Shown one piece after another: positions 53,401 through 62,077 of a stretch of DNA of 62,077 nt. The position numbers and the translations under genes are program-made. The notes beneath the pieces were generated by a model that made no database searches, had not been told where the DNA came from, and was given only the letters and a program-made list of their open reading frames with translations. Origin of the DNA: Hydrolagus affinis. Taxonomy: Eukaryota. The first letter of the stretch is position 1. Every line of letters begins with the position of its first letter. The stretch is taken from NCBI GenBank assembly GCA_012026655.1, contig JAAILG010001770.1:1-62077 (forward strand), written 5' to 3'.

Positions 53401-54197
53401 GTAAGAGAGGCTTTCCCGTAGTAAAGAGGTAGACGCTCTCCATACCTCCATAACCGCACAACTCTACATGTCAGAAACAGTGCCATCCTCAACTCAGCTT
53501 CCTCTTCAGCAATGTGCCAATAGTGCAGTTTGTCTCATTGAGCCTATCCCTGTGCAGGCTCCTCTACCTAACCATCGAATCCCTGTTCTTTCTTTGTGCT
53601 CTTTTGTACGCATCTGTGTGAAACTCAATGAGATGTCCTCCAAAATGTGATTAGCGCTTGTATAAATCTAAATTGTTGCTGTTGGATATCCTTCCCCTTA
53701 AATTATTTAGCCAGCACCTTTTAAACACTATTACAAAGGTACATTTATACTGTATTATATAGTTGGCTAAGTCAAACTAGCCCGTGTGAGCGGTGAAAAA
53801 CATTCGGATCATAGCTAACACGATTGATTGAAACACCAACTTAACAATAGGCTTGCTGCAGTGCTCAGTGAGAACCCATTAGATGGAGTAACAGAGCACA
53901 ATGGATAACAGGGCACAGTCTTTACTGAAATGGACAGTACGTACATTTCCGTGACTTGCAATTTTTTGGGGGGAAAAAGCCCCCTACTCTCATTTAACAC
54001 AACTCCACCTGCACAAGTCTCTTGTGACATTGAACAATTAACGGCTCATTTATTCCAAATTCCAAGACGAGAAGCGGCAATCAATCAGCCTCTGGTCTTG
54101 GCAGAGAGGCGAGGTATTTAATACTTAGGTATTTAACCCTGTGTGGGAGTTGTGCAGAAACGCCTGGTGATTTTACTGTACAATTCTGTCCGGACAG

Positions 54198-54239
54198 GCA
54201 CTGATGGTCGATCTCGGAGCCGATCGCTTCCTGAGGCAG
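54198..54239 (+). CDS. DENND2B: DENND2B small exon (ALMVDLGADRFLRQ)
   Basis: ggacag| acceptor, CAG|GTAAG donor; 42 nt, phase 0-0; absent from the ORF track. Confidence 0.93.
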
Positions 54240-54849
54240 GTAAGAACCTCAACACGGAGGCGGCTGCGCGTGTACAGTGTACATCACTCCGAATGCAAGC
54301 GGGTAAATATTGACAAGACGTTTGACCTCTCTTAATTTTTTTTGGAAACAATTTTTCCTCCTCCTGAAAAGGGCTTCACTGTTTTTATATCTAATGGGTT
54401 CGTATTCCACGGACACCATTCGCTGTCTGGCACCTGGCCGACACTGACTTTATTCATGCGCGAACGTTGGCGGTGAGCGCTGGTAGGTGATGGTGGTGCA
54501 CACAAAGCAGCCTCATCTGACATACACACACCCACCCACATACACATCATCCAACAGTGGGTCTGGAGAGCAATCATGAACAATCGTCTGACTGGTTTTC
54601 CTCTCCCTAAACCTGGGAAGGCTGAGGCCAATTGTAGCCCCCTTCTCTCCCCAAATAGTCTGAACAATTTGGATTATTACATCATGGATCTGTACAGAAG
54701 GAAGCTCTGTCCTTTCCCATGAGGGCACAACCTCTTTCAGGGGAAACACAAGACGGGTTGTATGCAAATTGTCCGTGTATTTGCGGGGTGAACGGAAAGG
54801 ATTGCCGTATGTCTGGAACGCGTATTATATTTATCTTGTGATTGTTTAG

Positions 54850-54961
54850 ATGGATGATGAGGACTCCTTGTTGCCACGGAAACTACAGGCAGCTCTGGAG
54901 CAGGCTCTAGAGCAAAAGAACGAGTTGGCAAACCAGGATTCAGACAGTGAATCTGATGATG
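54850..54961 (+). CDS. DENND2B: DENND2B exon (MDDEDSLLPRKLQAALEQAL...SDD)
   Basis: tttag| acceptor, G|GTGAG donor. Confidence 0.95.
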
Positions 54962-55553
54962 GTGAGGAATTTATTCGAATGCTTCTGTTGTCAAACACAT
55001 TAACAAAACGTCAACCCCCTCAAACACTTGACTACCTTTCAATGTGAGACAGAGCTTGTTTAAATCATGGGTGAGCGCTTTGAATGGGGATTCGACACTG
55101 GAACAAAATTCAGAAATTCAGGGTGACGGGAAAAACAGCCCAATGAGTTCATCACGAAAGTATATTATTTCCTTAATCCTTTTAAAATTTCCATCAACCC
55201 ATTGGAACTCCACCTCGGATTGTTTCAGATCAGAGGATCAGTGTGCCATCCTTGGATTTTATAGAGTGCCTTATCACGCGTCGAAGCACTTCACAGAATA
55301 AATACACTGTAAATTGAGGAATAGAAGGAATTTTTACAAGAATTATTTCAAATTATTATCAACAAGATGCGGGAAACGCTTTTGCGTTGGCAGAGGTCAA
55401 TCCCGTATGCTCCAGGGTTTCTGAATAACCAGAGATGTTCCCGGGCAAGCAAGAGATGGATGGGCCAGAATGCTATACAAATGCAACAAACTATATTGTT
55501 GTACTCAAATGTTTCCGAAATGGTTTCTTGAATTTTCTGTTGAATTTGTGCAG

Positions 55554-55793
55554 AGTCCAACACCCTGAATAACCTGGTGTCCGAAGCTTTCATTCGCTTC
55601 TTTGTGGAAACCATTGGCCACTACTCCCTGTTCCTGACCCAAAACGAGAGGAGCGAGCGGATATTCCAAAGGGAAGCTTTCCGCAAGTCAGTGGCTTCCA
55701 AGAGCATCAGGCGCTTCCTCGAGGTCTTCATGGAGTCGCAGATGTTTGCTGGGTTCATACAAGACAGGGAACTACGGAAGTGCAGAGCAAAAG
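55554..55793 (+). CDS. DENND2B: DENND2B exon, dDENN (SEAFIRFFVETIGHY...SQMFAGFIQDRELRKCRAK)
   Basis: gtgcag| acceptor, G|GTACGG donor; dDENN motif FMESQMFAGFIQDR. Confidence 0.96.
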
Positions 55794-56154
55794 GTACGGC
55801 TAAAGCAGTCAGTGTATGTATGTATGGCCTTCTGTGTCAGACTTGTGTCATCAAAAAGGTTCCAGGGAGTGAATAAGGAGAGTAGATCAGATTGGGTGGC
55901 TCATGTGGAGGAAAACCTACTCAAAGGGCTGTTTCTGTGTTGTACCCTTCAATGATTCTATCACAATACACTTGAGTGTTCGTTATTCACGAGAGCCTTA
56001 AACCAGCTCCCATTGCTTCCCATGGTTGTACTGGGAAGAACAGGATCAGGCTCAGCCATGATGCCACGTTGTGGTCAAACACCATGCCATCGGTTACAGT
56101 CACAGGTGAACGAAGTTGTAACCCTGTGAAATATAAAATGATTTGGAACACCTA

Positions 56155-56545
56155 CAAGGAACATAGGAACAGGAGTAGGCATTCTGCCTCTCGAGCCTAC
56201 ACCATCATTCTATTAGATTATGGCTGATCGGTACCTGACCTCCATTTACCTGCATTGGCTCCATATCCCCTGGTACCCTTAGCTAACAAAACTCCCGGCT
56301 TCAGTTTTGAAAATTTCAATTGACCCAGCATCCACAGCCTTTTTTTTGTGACGGGAGTGGGGGGAACCGGAGGAAGAATTCCAGATTTCCACTACCCTTT
56401 GTGTGAACAAGTGCTTTCTGATTTCACTCCTAAATGGCCAAGCTCTAATTTTAAGATTATACCCCCCATGTCCCCACCAGAGGAAATAGGTTCTCTATTT
56501 CTCTTATCAAATCCCTTTATCGTTTGAAACACCTGAATTGTAAGG
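56155..56545 (-). mobile_element. CR1-type LINE 3' fragment
   Basis: GGAACATAGGAACAGGAGTAGGC terminus and upstream ORF2-end-like sequence. Confidence 0.65.
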
Positions 56546-56784
56546 AGATGAAAGCTAATGTTGACCAGACACAAGAAAAAGCTTTGTCGCTGTGCACTCA
56601 CTGCTTTATTGCTGAGATACTACCCTATAATAGGGTGTTATATAAATGCAAGTTGTTGCTATTTCAGGTGATGATTCAAGGACTTTTTAAAGCCAGTTCC
56701 TTGGGAAGCAGAAGTTTTAGAAAGTTTTGGCATTGGAGTTCAAAGCTGCAACTTGTTTCTCACCAGATTTCTGCTTCTCCTTAG

Positions 56785-56871
56785 GTTTGTTCGAGCAGAG
56801 GGTTGAGCAGTACTTGGAGGAGCTGCCAGATACAGAACAGAGCGGAGTCAACAAATTCCTTAAAGGTCTTG
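56785..56871 (+). CDS. DENND2B: DENND2B exon (GLFEQRVEQYLEELPDTEQSGVNKFLKGL)
   Basis: ccttag| acceptor, G|GTGAGT donor. Confidence 0.95.
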
Positions 56872-57527
56872 GTGAGTGCATTCTTACCCAAGAAGTGATC
56901 AGAGATTCTCTTAATGTGGCTGCCAGGGAGAGGAAGGGAAGAGGTCATTAAAGCCAGATTGCCTGGATTCCTTTCAAGCATTATATTTTGCTGCCTTCTG
57001 TATTATTTCCATATAAGTTTGGGTTAAGCTGAACAGTTTCAATTATGCACACATTATTTGTGAACAGATGGGATGACTTTTAACGGGCTGCACTTTCTGG
57101 ATGTGTGGTAGCATTTATTTCCATGATTGGTCCCTGCTGAGGTCTGGAGATGAGGCAGACAGGACTCCAAAGGCAAAAGAGAAAATAGAAAGTAACACTC
57201 AGCAACCATATGAGTTCATATGAACCCCGAGAAGAGTTATCTGACCTCATGACTAGTAAATATGTAGTGATATGAGAAGGGTAGGAACAAAGTATTAGTT
57301 TATAAACAATCACAATGTCCATTTTCCAACAAAAACATGTCCACTCGTCACAACAGGAATCCCCAGTGAGACACCACTAAAGGGATGTTGTTATGGAATA
57401 ATACTTTTGCACTTATTTCATTGCATTGAAGTAGTTAGCACAGCCAAATGATTTGATGCTCTGATTTGTTTCCAGTGGTGAAACTTCTAGAATTGAACTA
57501 ATCTGGACTTTTTAATTTCTCTTGTAG

Positions 57528-57562
57528 GAAACAAAATGAAATTTCTTCACAAGAAGAGCTAG
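57528..57562 (+). CDS. DENND2B: DENND2B last coding exon (GNKMKFLHKKS*)
   Basis: cttgtag| acceptor; TAG at 57560-57562; matches recalled ST5 C-terminus GNKMKFLHKK. Confidence 0.94.
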
Positions 57563-58385
57563 TTGTTTTCCAACTGGCTTGCAGGGGTTTGTTGTGGCGA
57601 GAAAAGCTGCTGAACCTTGCACAAGAACTTTGTAAATCCTCGACATTTCAGGCAGTGGATCAATACTGTGGTTTCTTCCTGCTCTTCGCCTAAAGGCTGA
57701 ATATAAGGCTGAGGCTGCAAAAAGTACACTCAAAACTTGGGCCATCTTCAGTGCATATCGGATTGTATATTGTAAATATATTCCTACCCATTTTATTGCA
57801 ATACTTGGGTATTTTATTGACCCGATTTAGAAGTCATTCCGCTGAATATCCGCAAACAGATTGCAACAGGTTCTTGTGATGCTCAAGACACTTAATATGA
57901 ATGGTACAATGAGACATGTGTAGAGGATGTCTGTGTGTATATAGAGAACAGCCACACTGATGTGAAAAGGTGCCATTGACAAAGAATCCAAGTGGTTGGC
58001 GATGTGATTAAGAGAATGAATGTGGCCCGACTGACAGAAACAGCCCAATCCTGCACTGTATGGAAAACAATGAAGTATCAATTCTACTCTTCCTATCTAG
58101 CTAGAGTTCTGATTGTATTGTTCATTTTTCTTTCTGTATACAAACAAATGTGATAAATTTACACTGAAAATATGTGGTACTTTTTTTAGGGGGAGGGAGG
58201 GGCTTCAAACTACATAGGCTGTCATGGAAGAGGGTGGTGAATAAGTCACAAACTCCTTCATGTATGTTATGCACTGCTGTAACTGAAGGGTATCAAGGGC
58301 TGTGCAGAGCCTTTAAACTCTGCCACTCACAGCATCATTGGGCAAGGCTCAACACATTTTTTATGTACTGCTTCTTTTGAAAAAA

Positions 58386-58391
58386 AATAAA
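58386..58391 (+). terminator. Candidate DENND2B poly(A) signal
   Basis: AATAAA about 820 nt after the stop, but inside an A-rich run, so weak support. Confidence 0.35.
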
Positions 58392-58757
58392 ACAAACACA
58401 TTGGGTAACGGTTTTACATCTTTTAGGAATATAATCAAAAATTGCAGGATTCTTTCCGTTTCAAGATGTAATAAGGTATTTACAGGTTTTAAGATTTCTA
58501 AACAAGCTTTTTCCCCTCAAGATATAGTGCCACCTGGAGGCTAACTTGTGAACAGAGCCATTCATGATGCGAGTCGCTCGCGTCTCAAACATTAGGCATC
58601 ACTGCAGTGATTTCCTACAATTTCATTAGCAAAGATGATTGCCAGTTCAGCTCTGAGATGAGGCTAAACCTACTGTAGTGGCAAACTTTGCTGAATTCCC
58701 CTCCATCCTTCATATTTGATAAAGAAGCTTAAGAGACATTGAAAAGTGACGTTATGT

Positions 58758-58763
58758 TTTATT
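58758..58763 (-). terminator. RPL27A poly(A) signal
   Basis: AATAAA on the - strand about 24 nt after the RPL27A stop; short 3' UTRs are typical of ribosomal protein genes. Confidence 0.8.
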
Positions 58764-58786
58764 TTTGCACCAGGAGTCCAAAGAGT

Positions 58787-58915
<129 letters not shown>

Positions 58916-59468
58916 CTAGGAAGGTGAAACAGCAAATCAGATGTGTAATGAAACAAGTTCCCCTCAATCCACCTCCCATCCAAAATCTCTCCAGTTTGAA
59001 CAGTGATTTTCCTGAAGCAGAATCCCTGTGTTTCAGGTATTGCACACATCGTATTTCAAACCTTAAGATCCAAGCAATGGATCACGATTTAGGTAAAGAA
59101 ATACAAAAACGATTACAACACAACTATTGGGAAAGGACACACAGCAATCCTTACAATCTCATTCATCTGCCCTTTCCCCATATCTCTGAAGGTTACATGG
59201 GTACAGCAATAGAAAGAAGAGTTGTGGAAGTCATGGCTGCAGTTATTTTCCACAAGCATATGAATAAAACACCTTTAAGGTGTTTTACGGTACTGTGTGA
59301 GAAGGGTGCAAAAGCACAGCCACCCAAACGAATCACCTCTTGCTTGAGCTAGGGAGAGAATTTAGGGAAACTTACCAACTCAATTAAAGGTAATATTTCT
59401 TCCATAGAAGGAGGGAAAACAAACAAATAGACACATTTCAAAATAAATGACATTCACTACAATATAGT

Positions 59469-59598
59469 CAATGTTACTAAGTGTGTGACCGACTGAGCTA
59501 TATGGAGCTTCAGTCAGTGAATAAAATAGTAGATACTCTGCGAGAACTATAGCACATCAAGACAACAGCATGTGCCAGGACGTGACTCTAGTCTCGGG
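59469..59598 (-). ncRNA. SNORA3: H/ACA snoRNA, SNORA3/SNORA45 family paralog, RPL27A intron 4
   Basis: Minus strand reads CGAGACTAGAGTCACG...GTGCTATAGTTCTCG, H box AGAGTA, TTATTCACTGACTG...CAGTCGGTCAC, terminal ACA; clear paralog of the 61197-61327 copy. Confidence 0.9.
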
Positions 59599-59756
59599 AC
59601 CTTATGATTAGTATTGAACACAATTGGACCCTGTTTTGCAATAGCCAGACAGGTGTCAGAAAGTATCAAATGCTGTAAAGCTCTTATTAAAATGAATTGC
59701 ACTGTGCTCATCAAAAGTATAAACTAAAGTCAATAAACAATCAAAAGAACACTCAC

Positions 59757-59931
59757 AGCATGCACAACATCAATGACGGGGGCTGGTCCATCTGGTTTTT
59801 TGCCGTAGGTTAGCCGGGTCTGTTCACTGACCAGTGTCCACAGCTTATCCAGATTGATGGTAGGACAAAACAACTGATTCTTCTTCAAGTGGAAATGTCT
59901 CATACCAACTTTTCCGAAATAACCTGGATGA
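59757..59931 (-). CDS. RPL27A: RPL27A exon 4 ([18 protein letters not shown]...PVIDVVHA)
   Basis: ttcag| acceptor, GCT|GTGAGT donor; [14 protein letters not shown] motif. Confidence 0.97.
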
Positions 59932-61196
59932 CTGAATGAAAAGGAAGAAAGTTCAGAAATTGGTAGCTGTAAAAAAAAAACGATCTTTCATCAGAACACA
60001 AAAATTTACTTTTTCACAAGGCACAGTCTGAGTAAAGTGCTACTGGCCTTATTCAGCTAGAGAGAGAATCTACATGATCCCATCTCTACTGGGTAAGAAC
60101 CAGGAGCATGAACCAGTCAATTATATCATTTTAACATAGCCAAGATTGGACTACAAACACCCAAGTCATTCACTTCCAGAAATGAGTTAAATTTCATTGA
60201 TTAAAATCCTAAATACAGCTAACAAGGCAATACACATGTTGATCAAAGGGACTGCGTAACACTCCTTTCTCCTCTGACACTGAATCCAGTCCACATTAAT
60301 GGGATTAATATCTTCTTCCAGCAAGGATCCACAGAAACTTTGGATATCCTCAGTGAAACATCGCTCTGGCATTGAAGTGAAGGCTGAAGTGCATCAATGG
60401 TCAAGAGTATGTGCACACTTGGAAGCTATTATGATTGCTGACTATCCAACTAGGGAATTCTTCCACTACCTATAATGTACATGGTCTCTCAAACCATAGA
60501 CCATTGGTCTATTCAAATTATTAAACATTCAAACAGGAATTGATAAAAAAAACTGTAAAGAAATACCCTATGTGATATCACAAGATACAGCTGTAGTTTT
60601 GTCCCTTTAACTTTCTGTACCTACTGTTCTTTTACTTGGTTACAGGTAACACAATCATTGCTTTCATTACTACCATAAATTGTTTTAAGGAAAATGAGGC
60701 ACTTTATTCATTCTTTAGTGATGCAGCAAGAGTGAAACCATTACAAAGGCTATTGAGCAGTTGCACATGCCAGCAAAGACCATGATATGGCACAAATCTA
60801 GCCACTTAAAATTTCTCAGCATCATGGAAATCAATGTAATCTACATTACCTGCACAAATACGCTATGGATAAAACATTTCTAGGATAAACACCACCATTA
60901 TTCAAACACGAACTGGAGAATCAAACTCTTTTAAAACTGAAGTTAAGTGAGACGCCTAGTCAAATCTATTAGTGGATATTCACTCAAACTAAAGGAATCC
61001 AATCAGACATAAATAGCAATACCTATCCGATACAGTGAAACAATTTACAAGGAACTTTAAAATCCTTCAAGTTACCAGCAAAGCAGTCAGGTATTTATTA
61101 AAGGTACACAAGGATACAAATGTAGTTTTTTTTAAAAAAAACACAATTTCCGGGTACGCTGTCAATGCAACATATAATTCATTTAAAAAATAAAAT

Positions 61197-61327
61197 TAAT
61201 GTCACTAATCTGGTGACTGACTGGGCTATAAGAAGCTGCAGCCAGTGAATAAGATCAGTAGATGTTCTTCGAGTACTATAGCACACCAAGACAACAGCCA
61301 GTGTGAGGATGTGACTCTAGTCTCAGG
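61197..61327 (-). ncRNA. SNORA3: H/ACA snoRNA, SNORA3/SNORA45 family, RPL27A intron 3
   Basis: Minus strand reads GAGACTAGAGTCAC...GTGCTATAGTACTCG, H box AGAACA, second hairpin TTATTCACTGGCTG...CAGTCAGTCACCAG, then ACA 3 nt from the end. The host gene matches the known SNORA3 family location. Confidence 0.9.
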
Positions 61328-61535
61328 ACCTGACAAAACTTGAGGAGGAAGATTCACCAGCAGTGGCGTCTCCTTCTCCACACTCACCACCCCGCCATGA
61401 GGTGAAAACAAAACAACCAGTGGCTTAGTGTCTAGAACAAAAATAACACTTGCACTAAACTTTCTTCTGTCAACCCACTCATCTAAATTGGGGAAAGCAT
61501 GAAACAAAGCATCAGTTATTTATGACAACACCTAC

Positions 61536-61630
<95 letters not shown>

Positions 61631-61692
61631 TCACCCTTAGAATTTGGAACATGAGCTCAAACCAATGAATGAACGGAACCAATGTAATGTAC

Positions 61693-61918
61693 TACAAAAA
61701 CAAAAGTACATTTATAGAGCGCCTTTCACGCCAGTGGGAGGTCCCACAGTGATGGACAGTCAGGGGTCAGGACCCGAGCAATGGGGGAGGGGGAGCCGGG
61801 TTGGGATGAGGGAGGGTAGAGAGGAAGGAGGGTGGCCGAAGGCATGGTCGAAGGAGGAGGGTCTTGAGACCGGTCTTGGAAGGAGGCAAGGGAGGGAGCA
61901 GCGCAAAGGGATTGTGGC
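61693..61918 (-). mobile_element. L2-type LINE 3' fragment in RPL27A intron 2
   Basis: Same tail and ORF2-end sequence as 26233-26460 and 1-187. Confidence 0.75.
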
Positions 61919-61930
61919 ATCACTACTCAC

Positions 61931-61994
61931 CAATACGGCCATGGCCGTGGCTAACATGTCCCCGAAGCTTCCTGGTTTTTCTCAGCCTGGATGG
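61931..61994 (-). CDS. RPL27A: RPL27A exon 2 (PSRLRKTRKLRGHVSHGHGRI); exon 1 with the ATG not seen, probably beyond the window
   Basis: tattag| acceptor, G|GTGAGT donor. Confidence 0.97.
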
Positions 61995-62077
61995 CTAATA
62001 GAAACATTGTGATAAAACACAACACTCAGCAATCAGTTTTACTGGATGTATTCATCCAAAATGTCATAAGACGGACA

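Noticed and set aside
58924-59352. 142-aa + strand ORF and the other 60-170 aa ORFs in introns
   Set aside because: No recognisable domains or splice context; many begin at non-ATG codons or are antisense to real exons.

Overview
Vertebrate genomic DNA, most likely a cartilaginous fish (holocephalan/shark-type repeat content; this is inference). Most of the window is the + strand DENND2B (ST5) gene. I can trace 18 coding exons with GT-AG boundaries from 12696 to the TAG stop at 57560-57562. The first coding exon is not identified, and one exon runs into a 100-N assembly gap. At the right end, RPL27A exons 2-5 lie on the - strand, tail-to-tail with DENND2B, and introns 3 and 4 each host an H/ACA snoRNA of the SNORA3/SNORA45 family. 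The introns contain tRNA-headed Deu-domain-like SINEs, L2-type and CR1-type LINE fragments, a TA-flanked Tc1/mariner(pogo/Tigger)-type MITE, and a Penelope-like inverted-repeat family. One copy of that family carries a minimal hammerhead-ribozyme-like core. The best leads are this hammerhead-bearing hairpin, a candidate alternative first exon of DENND2B (17195-17313), a duplicated ~140-nt structured module, and covarying LINE/SINE 3' stem-loops. I see no demonstrably new biological system. Most listed ORFs are spurious. All comparisons to human sequences are from memory, not from a search.
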